Positions 29,566 to 39,242 of a DNA stretch of 64,000 bases are shown in pieces. Below the pieces are notes generated by a model. That model saw nothing but the letters and a program-made list of their open reading frames with translations. It made no database searches and was not told where the DNA came from. Origin of the DNA: Candidatus Kryptoniota bacterium (lineage in GTDB: Bacteria; Bacteroidota; Ignavibacteria; Kryptoniales; JAKASW01); assembly GCA_036567965.1 (NCBI GenBank), contig DATCTN010000008.1, positions 68,175 to 132,174 of the forward strand. The letters are read 5' to 3'. Each line of letters opens with the position of its first letter. Within the stretch, counting starts at the first letter, position 1. A program made the translations under genes and the position numbers.

Positions 29566-30852
29566 TCAATGAATTGACTGATCTCCGTTACGATAGAAGT
29601 CAAGACTGCGCAGCCACGGATACTTGTCCGAGTGAAATGATGTTTCATATTGCGCGCCTTTCAGCACGCCGAGCAAATATTCAGCGGCGTTTTCTGCGGT
29701 CAACAGCTTGCCGGTTTCGTGAGCTTTCATTCGCATCTCTCGTTGTGCGGAGCGGTTTGACAAGTGGGCATCGAGCTTCCTCACAAGATCCTCCCGATCA
29801 CCGGAGCGAAAGACATAACCATTTGAGCCTTCGGCGATGACGTCTGACGCACCGCATGAACTGGAAACCAGGACAGGCGTTCCTGCCATCAAAGCCTCAT
29901 TTACAACCAGGCCCCAACCGTCCCATCTCGACGGCAGGACCAGCAGATCCGCATCGGTTATCCTGCCGATGATCTTCCGCGGTTCCAGCGCTCCCTCGAG
30001 GATAATTCTTGATGAAAGATTCCTTTCTGCGATCCATCGTTTGAGCTCCTGTTCCAGCTCACCTGTACCGATAAGGTGCAGGACAAGATTATCGTGGGCC
30101 CGGAGAATGGGTTCCGCCGATTCAACCAGAATGTCCACTCCTTTTCGGTGCACAAGTTGTCCCACGAAAACAACATCGATAGTTTTCTTGGGACCATTCC
30201 CTTTGCCAGCCCGCTCATCCGTAGGCATCGAGCGGAAATAACCGAACGGATACATTTTACCTTCGTCCGCACCGTACGACTTGAAGTACGACATCGCGAA
30301 ATGAGAAATGGGGAGAATCCCAGCAGCGCTCCTGACAAATGCTTTGCCTGCCGCATTGAGAACTGCGGCTTTCATGAATGAGACTTTTGCTCGCGGATCC
30401 GGCGCTTCGGAGTAAATGTAGTACTTTGAACCAGAGATCATGAGCGTCGACAAGACTGATTCAACGACCTTGCCCGCCCACAAGCCGTTCACGATATGAG
30501 TTTCATGGCGGCGATTTCGTGCTCTCCGCACCGCGTCCGCAATGGCGGAGCGACCAGATAGGAACTCGTAATCAAATCCCTTCAAATCCTCCTGCCAGCC
30601 CAACGCTACGCGGTCTCCCGTGATCCTGCCCGTATAGATAACATGGAGATTCACTTCCGATGTGGAAGCGAGAGCCCTGAAAAGATCAGATTGGTAGAAT
30701 GCCGGAATATTCATCCAGAAAACGAGGTCGGTCAATATCTTCTCATGTTGACTGATTGGTTCCGCAACCGGAAAGGACACGCGGCCCGATCTCTTGCTGC
30801 GGCGTGTGTAATAAATTTCAAAAACCAGACTCAATTTAACACAATCCTCCAT
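29566..30852 (-). CDS. Glycosyltransferase family 4 (GT-B)
   Basis: 428-aa ORF; the true start is probably internal, near MNIPAFYQ. C-terminal block LVLPSRWDGWGLVVNEALMAGTPVLVSS..G. Confidence 0.75.
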   Translation of the reverse strand: MEDCVKLSLVFEIYYTRRSKRSGRVSFPVAEPISQHEKILTDLVFWMNIPAFYQSDLFRALASTSEVNLHVIYTGRITGDRVALGWQEDLKGFDYEFLSGRSAIADAVRRARNRRHETHIVNGLWAGKVVESVLSTLMISGSKYYIYSEAPDPRAKVSFMKAAVLNAAGKAFVRSAAGILPISHFAMSYFKSYGADEGKMYPFGYFRSMPTDERAGKGNGPKKTIDVVFVGQLVHRKGVDILVESAEPILRAHDNLVLHLIGTGELEQELKRWIAERNLSSRIILEGALEPRKIIGRITDADLLVLPSRWDGWGLVVNEALMAGTPVLVSSSCGASDVIAEGSNGYVFRSGDREDLVRKLDAHLSNRSAQREMRMKAHETGKLLTAENAAEYLLGVLKGAQYETSFHSDKYPWLRSLDFYRNGDQSIH

Positions 30853-30984
30853 ACAAATTCGGATTTTCGGAAATAACGCGTGAACGATTAATCCAAAAGT
30901 GGTAATTTGCTGACGCGTGAAAGAATTGAAATGTCTTTCGTTACTACACCTGAGTTATAATTTTTGTTGTAGGGAGATAGTGCA

Positions 30985-31953
30985 TTGAAAGCATTAGTGA
31001 CGGGATGCGCGGGATTCATCGGCTCCCAGCTCTGCGAAAAACTGATGGCGGATAAAATGGAAGTCACCGGCATAGACTGCATGACAGATTACTATGCACG
31101 TGAAATCAAGTTGAACAACCTGGAGACGTTGAAACGGGAAGCGAAATTTAGTTTCATAGAAGCCGACATAATGAAGACAGACCTGGCCGCACTGACAGAA
31201 GACAGGGATTTCATATTTCATCTTGCTGCACAGCCCGGAGTCCGCGGCAGCTGGGGAGAAAATTTTTCGCTTTATGTCGTGAACAATATTCTGTCAACTC
31301 AGAAACTCCTTGAAGCCGCGAAGGTGTCGAGGAGCCTCAAGAAATTTATTTATGCTTCCTCGTCTTCGGTCTACGGCCAGATAAAAGAGGAGGCCGTGAG
31401 CGAGGCCAGGATCACCGCTCCTCACTCGCCGTATGGAGCGACCAAGCTCGCCGGAGAGAATCTGTGCGGCCTTTACACCGCGAATTTCGGGACCCCGACC
31501 GTGTCCCTGCGTCTGTTCACCGTTTATGGACCCAGGCAGCGACCCGACATGGCGTTCGCCAAACTGATCGTCGCGGCATTGACAGGAAGAAGTTTTCCGC
31601 TCTTTGGAGACGGGAAACAGGAGAGAGACTTCACATATGTTGGCGACGTAACCGAAGCAATGGTGCTAGCAGCAAAAAGCGCGGACGCAGGAGGAATATT
31701 TAATGTCGGCGGAGGTCACGTCGTTTCGATGCAGGAAGTAATACGAATAGCCGGCGAAATAACGGGGAAGAAGATCCAGATCGACTCAAGGCGTACAGAA
31801 AAAGGCGATGTGTTCAGAACGAGCGCTGACTGCTCGCGGGCTAAGCGCATTTTCGGGTTCTCTCCAGGTGTTGACATAAACACCGGCCTTGAGATGCAGG
31901 CGGAATTTCTAAAGAAGAATCTGGACCTTTATCGACGATTCATTCCGATTTGA
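30985..31953 (+). CDS. NAD-dependent sugar-nucleotide epimerase/dehydratase (UDP-glucuronate decarboxylase / 4-epimerase-like)
   Basis: 322 aa with a TTG start. ALVTGCAGFIGSQL, SSSSVYG and YGATK (YxxxK). Confidence 0.85.
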   Translation: MKALVTGCAGFIGSQLCEKLMADKMEVTGIDCMTDYYAREIKLNNLETLKREAKFSFIEADIMKTDLAALTEDRDFIFHLAAQPGVRGSWGENFSLYVVNNILSTQKLLEAAKVSRSLKKFIYASSSSVYGQIKEEAVSEARITAPHSPYGATKLAGENLCGLYTANFGTPTVSLRLFTVYGPRQRPDMAFAKLIVAALTGRSFPLFGDGKQERDFTYVGDVTEAMVLAAKSADAGGIFNVGGGHVVSMQEVIRIAGEITGKKIQIDSRRTEKGDVFRTSADCSRAKRIFGFSPGVDINTGLEMQAEFLKKNLDLYRRFIPI

Positions 31954-34052
31954 ACGGACGGAGCAATTCGATTGACCGAGCTGAACCATCATCCTATATC
32001 GGCGGATCCGAACGTAGATCGATGAAACCATCCGAAGGGTCGTCCATGCTCAATACAGTCAAGGCGGTCTATTCACGCCTCGTTTCAAGAAGATTATACG
32101 ACATCAGGACGCGGTTCTTCAGACGCAGGATCACGCCTCGCGTTCTGGTGAGTAAGCTTCGACGCGGAAGGCATGACGGCGAAAATGTTCTGAAGTCTTT
32201 CAAGACCGATCTGCGAGTCAGATTTTTTATCAGCGACCTGAACAAAAAAGAATTTTACATCAATCTCCTCACGTCCCTCGGGAAATTCGACTCGATAATG
32301 GATGATGCCGACACAGTCCATGAAAACAAGTACAAAGTGTTAGGCTCGGACCTCTACAGTTTCGGGAGCGGGATCGACTGGCATCTTGACTTCAAATCGG
32401 GCAAGAGATGGCCACTGAAGTATCACACCTCCATCGACTTGATCGGTTCGGGTGAAGGCTCCGACGTGAAGGTACCGTGGGAGTTGAGTAGGTTTCACCA
32501 GGCGATCTGGCTCGGCAAGGCTTACTGGATAAGCCGAAACGAGACGCACGCCGCAAAATTCAGAAGTCTCGTCGACGACTGGATCGACAACAACCCACCC
32601 GGTTACGGCGTAAACTGGACGACGCCGATGGAAGCCGCCATCAGGGCCATGAACCTCATCGTAGGTTTACTCTACTTTATGGATTCGTTCAAGATCGACG
32701 ATTCGTTTCTGCTGAAGCTCCTCTGCTCACTTTTTGAACATGGGGTCTTTATCCGCCACAACCTCGAAAGGAGCATTCCAAGCCACAATCATTTGATTTC
32801 AAATCTCGTCGGGCTTATATATCTCGGCATTTTCTTTCACGACACGAGGGAAGGCAAGAGATGGGTAGAGTTCGCGTCCGGAGAACTGCAGCGCGAGATC
32901 GTCGAGCAGGTCCACCGGGACGGAACCGACTACGAGAAATCCACGAGTTACCAGCGTCTGACTGCGGAATTATTTTCGGCTGCTTTCGTTCTCTTGAAAT
33001 TAAACAGCTACAAGATCGACGAAGAGTTCGCAGGCAGACTGGAGAAGATGTACGATTTTATCGCCGCCGCGACGACGCACGACGGAAAGACACCTAACAT
33101 CGGCGATGCGGATGACGGCAGGCTCTTCAAGATGAAAATGAATTGTGACTTCAACGATCACAGGGATATTATCGCGGTCGGTGCAGCATTGTTTGAAAGC
33201 AACTCGTTGAAATCGATCTCAGGCAGTTTCAGCGAGCTCGGACTTCTCCTCCTTGGAACACAAGGATTCGAAAAATATTCTTCGCTCAAGAATGCAGCGC
33301 CTACTTCCTCCGCAATTTTCAAGGAGGGTGGTTTTGCATTCCTCCGTTCGGAAAAGGATTTCTGTTCATTCGACTTCGGCGAAACGGGCTTGCGCGGACG
33401 AGGGGGCCACGGCCATAATGACGTGCTGAGCTTCACGTTATCCGGTAAAATTCCGTTTATCGTCGACAGAGGGACTTACTGTTACACTCCAAACCCGAAG
33501 CTGCGGAACAGACTGCGTTCAACTTACTCTCACAATACTGCGGTTGTAGACGGGACCGAGCTATCGGAATTTGCCGGACTCTGGTCGATACGTGAAGACG
33601 CGACGAATCCTCTTCTCCTGAAATGGGAATCATCAGAAGAACAGAATATCGTCGAGGCGGAACACCACGCATACGAACGGCTCCAATTTCCCGTAATTCA
33701 CATCCGGAAGATCACATTTAACAAGCGACAGCGAACATTTCTTATTGAGGATGAATTCAGGGGCGAAGGAACCCACACGATCGAACTCTTTTTCCATTTC
33801 GATCCGGATGTGGCTGTTGTGAATCTGGGAAGAAAATTTCTTGTGGCCGAGGGAGACGAGTTCGCGCTCGTTAAGTTCCAGCACGACTTTACGCTCGAGA
33901 ACTGGGAGCACTCGCCGAGTTACGGAATCATCCAGCAGGCACGGACCGCCCGCGTAAAGATCTCGGGGGAAATCCCCCTTAAGATCGAAACATTCATTTT
34001 TATATTGAGCGACGCGGACGGCGTCAACCATATATTGAACAGACTCAAATAG
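31950..34052 (+). CDS. Heparinase II/III-like / alginate-lyase-fold protein
   Basis: About 700 aa; the start is uncertain (TTG at 31950 overlapping the upstream stop, or the ATG at 32022). The blocks WELSRFHQ, NWTTPMEAAIRAMN, HNHLISN and GGHGHNDVLSF resemble the heparinase II/III family commonly found in O-antigen/capsule loci. Confidence 0.7.
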   Translation: MNGRSNSIDRAEPSSYIGGSERRSMKPSEGSSMLNTVKAVYSRLVSRRLYDIRTRFFRRRITPRVLVSKLRRGRHDGENVLKSFKTDLRVRFFISDLNKKEFYINLLTSLGKFDSIMDDADTVHENKYKVLGSDLYSFGSGIDWHLDFKSGKRWPLKYHTSIDLIGSGEGSDVKVPWELSRFHQAIWLGKAYWISRNETHAAKFRSLVDDWIDNNPPGYGVNWTTPMEAAIRAMNLIVGLLYFMDSFKIDDSFLLKLLCSLFEHGVFIRHNLERSIPSHNHLISNLVGLIYLGIFFHDTREGKRWVEFASGELQREIVEQVHRDGTDYEKSTSYQRLTAELFSAAFVLLKLNSYKIDEEFAGRLEKMYDFIAAATTHDGKTPNIGDADDGRLFKMKMNCDFNDHRDIIAVGAALFESNSLKSISGSFSELGLLLLGTQGFEKYSSLKNAAPTSSAIFKEGGFAFLRSEKDFCSFDFGETGLRGRGGHGHNDVLSFTLSGKIPFIVDRGTYCYTPNPKLRNRLRSTYSHNTAVVDGTELSEFAGLWSIREDATNPLLLKWESSEEQNIVEAEHHAYERLQFPVIHIRKITFNKRQRTFLIEDEFRGEGTHTIELFFHFDPDVAVVNLGRKFLVAEGDEFALVKFQHDFTLENWEHSPSYGIIQQARTARVKISGEIPLKIETFIFILSDADGVNHILNRLK

Positions 34053-34124
34053 TGATGGGAATCTTAAAGTTATTTCAAGAACTACGCGCGGAATCGTCAA
34101 TCACAAAACGAGACTGAAAGCTCT

Positions 34125-35099
34125 ATGCGGCTTCTTGTGACGATGAAAGTCAATAATGAGATGGCGGATCGGATCTCCCGCCTGATTGGGAATCGTGCAG
34201 CGATAGATTTCCTGGCGCGCGCAGAGCAAGGAGAAAGAAAGAACTTGCTCGAATCTGCGGATATCGTCCTCGCCATGAATTTTCGAAAGGATATAAAAGA
34301 AGAAGAGTTTCCATCGCTGAAGAACGTGAAGCTCATCCAACTTACGCTAGCCGGCGCGGACGGAGTACCTTTCGACAAACTGAACGCGCGCATTCTGATC
34401 TGCTCCAACGGCGGGGCGTACAGCGAACCGATCGCTGAACACGCAATTGGAATGATGCTCGCGCTCGCGCGCAATTTTCTTCCGCTTCACAAAAAGCTAA
34501 GCGAAGGAGTTTTCGACCAGGTGACTCCCCACAAAATGTTGATGGACTCGACCCTGGGAATCATAGGGTTCGGTGGAATAGGCAAACGAACGGCGGAGAT
34601 TGCGCGTGGATTTGGAATGAAAATTATCGCCATCAATAGTTCAGGGAAGACCGATACAAGGATAGATTTCATCGGGACACTCGCGGACCTCGGGATGCTG
34701 CTTCGTGAGTCGGACTTCATTCTCCTGACAATCGCGTTGAACAAGAAGACGAGAGGACTGATCGGCAGGCGGGAGCTACGGATGATGAAGCCAGATGCGG
34801 TCCTGGTAAATGTTGCCCGGGGCGAACTGATAGACGAAAAGAGCCTGTACGATCATCTCAGAGCGTTCCCGAAATTCAAGGCGGGCATCGAGGCATGGTG
34901 GATCGAGCCATTCAATTTCCCGAGGTTTGAGGTCCATCATCCGTTTTTTGAGCTGGACAATTTTCTCGGCTCTCCGCACAATTCGTATCTCACTGAAGGG
35001 ATTCATCAAAAGGCACTCGACATGGCTCTTGAGAACATCATGGCTTTCGTAAAAGGGGAAATTCCGAGGAACATCCAGCGGCGCGAAGATTACGTCTAG
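34125..35099 (+). CDS. D-isomer-specific 2-hydroxyacid dehydrogenase family, NAD-binding
   Basis: 324 aa. LGIIGFGGIGKRTAEIA, and VNVARGELIDE followed by a catalytic His region (SPHNS). Confidence 0.85.
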   Translation: MRLLVTMKVNNEMADRISRLIGNRAAIDFLARAEQGERKNLLESADIVLAMNFRKDIKEEEFPSLKNVKLIQLTLAGADGVPFDKLNARILICSNGGAYSEPIAEHAIGMMLALARNFLPLHKKLSEGVFDQVTPHKMLMDSTLGIIGFGGIGKRTAEIARGFGMKIIAINSSGKTDTRIDFIGTLADLGMLLRESDFILLTIALNKKTRGLIGRRELRMMKPDAVLVNVARGELIDEKSLYDHLRAFPKFKAGIEAWWIEPFNFPRFEVHHPFFELDNFLGSPHNSYLTEGIHQKALDMALENIMAFVKGEIPRNIQRREDYV

Positions 35100-35104
35100 A
35101 TGGG

Positions 35105-35557
35105 CTAAATCTCCATGTGGCCGCGTGACCTCTTCTTTTCAGAAGCGATCTTCTTTTTCTTCAATCTCTTTTCGTTGGAAGCTCTCGTCGGACGAGTAGA
35201 AATCCTCTTCTTCCGCGGCTTCAATGCAGACCTCAAAAGAAGAACAAATTTCCTCAAAACCGCCTTCTTGTTTTCCCACTGACTTCTCGAAGCCTGAGAG
35301 GAAACATGAAGTATTCCGGCGTTATCGATCCTGCCGCCGAGCCGCTCGACGATCATTTCACGCTGAGACTCCGAAAGTGAAGGAGAATTCCGAACATCAA
35401 ATGTGAGCTCGACTCTGGTTTCGAGCTTATTCACATTCTGTCCACCCGGTCCACCGCTCCTCGATGTGCGATAATTCAATTCGATCAAGGATATCGACAT
35501 GGCTTCATTGATTCGAACGGAGTTTTCGGTCATTTCCCTTCGAAAGAAGTTTCGCAT
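35105..35557 (-). CDS. arfB: Alternative ribosome-rescue factor ArfB (peptidyl-tRNA hydrolase, GGQ domain)
   Basis: SRSGGPGGQNVNKLETRVEL GGQ motif plus a basic C-terminal tail KRLKKKKIASEKKRSRG. The true start may be the internal Met at about 35533. Confidence 0.85.
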   Translation of the reverse strand: MRNFFRREMTENSVRINEAMSISLIELNYRTSRSGGPGGQNVNKLETRVELTFDVRNSPSLSESQREMIVERLGGRIDNAGILHVSSQASRSQWENKKAVLRKFVLLLRSALKPRKKRISTRPTRASNEKRLKKKKIASEKKRSRGHMEI

Positions 35558-35817
35558 GAAATTACCGAATATGCAATCAGCTGTAACAACGTAATACTAA
35601 AGTGGTGTGGGGTGGAGCCGGAACTTTGAGTCCTCCGGCCGCAGCAGGAACTCGATCTGGCGCAACCGGATAGAGTCATGAGATAGGCGATCGTGCGGGA
35701 ATTAGAGAGACGTGGAGATAATTCTACGCATCTTGTTCGGTCTTTATGAAAAGAACGTCGAGACTATGCTTGTGCGGACCGACTGCTTTTCCGGCAGTTA
35801 GCCTGGGGAATTCCCTT

Positions 35818-35994
35818 CTATTCGTCGTCGTCTTCTTTGGCGAATCCGTACTGGATTACTGTCACCGTGCCTGTACCATGACACTTCTCGCATTCGATGA
35901 AATCGAACCCGTCTCCGCTCTGTGCCACGCCGACAAAACGGGTCCCGTTGCAAGAGTCACAGACCACATCCCATTGCGATTCCTTATTCAACAT
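35818..35994 (-). CDS. Small (58 aa) DnaJ-CR-type zinc-finger protein
   Basis: Two CxxCxGxG motifs (CDSCNGTR, CEKCHGTG) and an acidic tail. The ATG at 35994 is preceded by AAGGAG 8 nt upstream. Lies 149 nt downstream of amtB on the same strand. Confidence 0.55.
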   Translation of the reverse strand: MLNKESQWDVVCDSCNGTRFVGVAQSGDGFDFIECEKCHGTGTVTVIQYGFAKEDDDE

Positions 35995-36143
35995 CTCATC
36001 ACTCCTTCGTGTTCTACTATGGAATATATCCAGACCATCAAGTTGTGTCAACAGGATTTAAAAATTATCGCAATTTTTTCCAAACAATTAAGGCAATTCC
36101 ATCGAACGTCAACAACGAGTGAGACAGAGATTTCGGATCAAGA

Positions 36144-37469
36144 TCAACGCTCCTCAAGGACGTATCCGCTCTCTCCATGTTGGCCGTAGTCGAGGCCATC
36201 GAGTTCTTCCTCGAACGACACCCTGAGACCCATCGTGACATCGAGGACTTTCAGGATAATCCAGGTAACGGAAAGCGCGTAAGCTACTGCTGCCGAAAGC
36301 GCCACCAGCTGCCACAAGAGCAATTTGGGATTTCCGAAGAATAACCCATTGGCGCCGGCTGGATTTACAACGGTTGTCGCGAACAGACCCGTCATCAGGG
36401 CTCCCCAGGATCCGCCGACTCCATGAACGCCGACAGTGTCGAGTGAATCGTCATAGCCCAGTTTTCCCTTGATCTTTATACCCATGAAGCACACGACTCC
36501 GCCCGTTATTCCGATGATCATTGCGGGAAGCGGGCCGACAAATCCTGAAGCTGGGGTGATCACGACCAGGCCTGCGACCGCGCCCGAGGCCGCCCCGAGC
36601 ACTGTCGGCTTACCGCGTGTGAACCATTCTGCAAACATCCAGGAGAGCGCTGCTGACGCGGCCGCGATGTGAGTAGCAACGAAAGCGGAAGTCGCAAGTG
36701 CGCCCGATGCGACCGCGCTTCCTGCGTTGAATCCGAACCACCCGAACCAGAGGAGTGCAACACCGAGGAGAGTCATGGTGAGGTTGTGAGGCGGCATCGG
36801 CTCCTCGCCGTAACCGACTCGTTTCCCGATCAGGATCGCCGCCACGAGAGCAGAGACACCGGAGCTCACGTGAACCACGAGTCCGCCGGCGAAATCCAGC
36901 GCGCCCATGTTCTTGATCCATCCGCCGATTCCCCAGACCCAATGCGCGAGAGGATCATACACAAGCGTCGCCCACAGCAAAATGAAAATTAAATACGTCT
37001 TGAACTTGAATCTCTCGGCGAATGCTCCCGTGATCAGAGCAGGTGTTATCACTGCGAACATCATCTGGAACATCATGAAGATTTCGTGAGGGACAGTGGG
37101 GGCGTAGTCGGGATTTGGAGTAAGTCCGACACCGCTCAGTCCGATCCACTTCAAGCTGCCGATGACATGCCCAACATCGGGGCCGAACGCAAGCGAATAC
37201 CCGAACAGCACCCACTGTACAGTGATCACCCCGAGCGCGATGAAGCTTTGCATGATTGTGCCGAGCACATTTTTTCTCCTCACCATGCCGCCGTAGAAAA
37301 GTGCGAGCCCGGGGGTCATGAGCATCACAAGTGCTGTTGAGATCAGCATCCATGTGGTATCGCCCGTGTTTATCGAGACCGGCGCGGTTACCGTCGACGA
37401 CTGCGCGAAAGCCGATGCGGACATCAGAAAAAAACTAACGACAATTATTGGAACGGATAGTCTTGCCAT
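36144..37469 (-). CDS. amtB: Ammonium transporter (Amt family)
   Basis: 441 aa. Signal peptide plus 11 TM segments, and signature blocks DFAGGLVVHVSSG and LDTVGVHGVGGSWGAL. Confidence 0.95.
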   Translation of the reverse strand: MARLSVPIIVVSFFLMSASAFAQSSTVTAPVSINTGDTTWMLISTALVMLMTPGLALFYGGMVRRKNVLGTIMQSFIALGVITVQWVLFGYSLAFGPDVGHVIGSLKWIGLSGVGLTPNPDYAPTVPHEIFMMFQMMFAVITPALITGAFAERFKFKTYLIFILLWATLVYDPLAHWVWGIGGWIKNMGALDFAGGLVVHVSSGVSALVAAILIGKRVGYGEEPMPPHNLTMTLLGVALLWFGWFGFNAGSAVASGALATSAFVATHIAAASAALSWMFAEWFTRGKPTVLGAASGAVAGLVVITPASGFVGPLPAMIIGITGGVVCFMGIKIKGKLGYDDSLDTVGVHGVGGSWGALMTGLFATTVVNPAGANGLFFGNPKLLLWQLVALSAAVAYALSVTWIILKVLDVTMGLRVSFEEELDGLDYGQHGESGYVLEER

Positions 37470-37662
37470 TTGGTTATATTCCTCCGAGTGAAAATTAAAT
37501 TAGCCTCCGGACTGAAATTGCATAAAAATATTAACTCCTCTATGCCTTATGACAAAGATCAAAGGCCGGGATTTTTGTCGAGACCTAATATGTTAAACCC
37601 ATAAAGGATCGAACAAAGAGATGGCCGGGGAACTTTCACGACACGGCCATCGAGGAGCGAAC

Positions 37663-38727
37663 ATGTCAAGAGTAATTTCCGTCGCGACGGAAGAACCCGG
37701 CACAAGGGTTACACAGGATGAAGTAAAAGAATTTATCCGCGTGATCTTCTCGAGCAGACGTAACGATCTCGAGAGACTGATGGGTGTGTTTGATAACCCA
37801 TCCATCTCGGTCCGCCACTTCACAGAAGAGAGAGAGTGGTACGGAAAGCAGCACAGCTTTGCAGAGCGAAACGAGCTCTACATCCGGAGCGCGGTCAGAA
37901 TGTCCGCGGCGTCCGTTGTAAAGTGTTTGGATGCAGTGGGGCTCAGCCCCGAAGATATTTCGCATGTCTTCTTCGTTTCTAGTACGGGCCTCTCGACGCC
38001 GAGCATAGACGCGCGCCTGACCAACCTCATGAAATTCAGCCCGCACGTGAAGAGAACGCCAATTTGGGGACTCGGCTGCGCGGGCGGCGCAGCGGGACTC
38101 AGCAGGACATTTGAGTATACGACTGCCCGGCCGGGAGAAGCCGTACTCCTTATTTCAATCGAGCTCTGTGGACTCACGTTTCAAACCGACGACTTCTCGA
38201 AAAGCAACCTTGTCGGGACGTCGCTGTTTTCAGACGGGTCAGCCGCAGCTCTTGTCGTCGGGGACGAACATCCCCTCGCGTCCCGGAAGGGAATATTGCT
38301 TCTCGATTCGATGTCTACCATCTATCCCGACTCGCTCGACGTCATGGGTTGGGAAGTCAAAGACAGCGGCTTGAAAGTAATATTCAGTAAGGACATTCCG
38401 ACCATAGTTCGAGATTGCGTGAAACCGAATATCGAGGAGTTTGTTTCGAGAAACGGTATCAGTCTTGAGGACATAACTCATTTTGTGACTCACCCCGGCG
38501 GACTGAAGGTAATTAATGCGTATGAAGAAGCACTTGGTTTACCGGAGGGCGCCATGCGCCACTCCCGCAAGGTTCTTTATGAACACGGAAACATGTCTTC
38601 TCCGACAGTCTTATATGTTCTTAAAGAATTCCTCGAAGAGAATGCGGGCGTTCCCGCGGAATTCGGGATTATCTCTGCTCTTGGACCCGGCTTCAGCTCC
38701 GAACTTCTTCTCTTTGAAACATATTGA
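37663..38727 (+). CDS. Type III polyketide synthase (chalcone/stilbene synthase family, BpsA-like)
   Basis: 354 aa from the ATG at 37663, which has a GGAG RBS. Catalytic triad contexts are present: GLGCAGGAAGL (Cys), THPGG (His), GNMSS (Asn). Confidence 0.85.
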   Translation: MSRVISVATEEPGTRVTQDEVKEFIRVIFSSRRNDLERLMGVFDNPSISVRHFTEEREWYGKQHSFAERNELYIRSAVRMSAASVVKCLDAVGLSPEDISHVFFVSSTGLSTPSIDARLTNLMKFSPHVKRTPIWGLGCAGGAAGLSRTFEYTTARPGEAVLLISIELCGLTFQTDDFSKSNLVGTSLFSDGSAAALVVGDEHPLASRKGILLLDSMSTIYPDSLDVMGWEVKDSGLKVIFSKDIPTIVRDCVKPNIEEFVSRNGISLEDITHFVTHPGGLKVINAYEEALGLPEGAMRHSRKVLYEHGNMSSPTVLYVLKEFLEENAGVPAEFGIISALGPGFSSELLLFETY

Positions 38728-39236
38728 CATTGTTCTGGTTCTTCATGCTGTTCCTTGCGGCACAACGAACCGCGGAACTCTTTCTGGCGAATCGGAATGA
38801 AGCAAAGTTAAAGCGCCTCGGAGCTGTTGAGATTGACAGAGGCGGTTACAGGTTCATCGTCCTTATGCACCTTCTCTTTTTTGTGTCGCTTATAGTGGAG
38901 CGAGTATTCATAAGAGAAGCACCGAACAGAGAATGGCCGGTATTCCTGGGATTGTTCTCACTGGCACAGGTTCTACGGTACTGGTCCATCGCATCCCTCG
39001 GAATCTACTGGAACACGAAAGTAATCGTGTTGCCGAATCATCCTCGGATTCAGAATGGCCCCTATAAATTGTTCCGGCACCCGAATTACATCGCAGTCAT
39101 CGTAGAGCTCGCCGTAATTCCAATCATCTTTTCATGCTACATTACCGCGACAGTCTTCTCTATAGTTAATGCGTTCGTAGTGGCGAGGAGGATGGAAATA
39201 GAAATGAGAGCTTTGAGAGGTTACTCGGGTCAATAA
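38724..39236 (+). CDS. Isoprenylcysteine carboxyl methyltransferase (ICMT) family membrane methyltransferase (BpsB-like)
   Basis: 170 aa with 4-5 TM segments. The FRHPNYIAVIVEL block is typical of ICMT/PEMT-like enzymes. Overlaps the PKS stop (TTGA), which suggests translational coupling. Confidence 0.8.
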   Translation: MTLFWFFMLFLAAQRTAELFLANRNEAKLKRLGAVEIDRGGYRFIVLMHLLFFVSLIVERVFIREAPNREWPVFLGLFSLAQVLRYWSIASLGIYWNTKVIVLPNHPRIQNGPYKLFRHPNYIAVIVELAVIPIIFSCYITATVFSIVNAFVVARRMEIEMRALRGYSGQ

Positions 39237-39242
39237 AAAAAT

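Noticed and set aside
35746-36189. 147-aa plus-strand ORF spanning the amtB/zinc-finger intergenic region
   Set aside because: It is antisense to the well-supported 58-aa zinc-finger ORF and to the amtB 3' end. It has no RBS and an implausible composition.
37470-37662. Possible NtrC/sigma-54 or NtcA-type control element in the amtB-PKS divergent region (GG-N9-TGCA near 37510-37535)
   Set aside because: The spacing between GG and GC is one nucleotide short of the -24/-12 consensus, and the orientation points away from amtB. No convincing motif was found.
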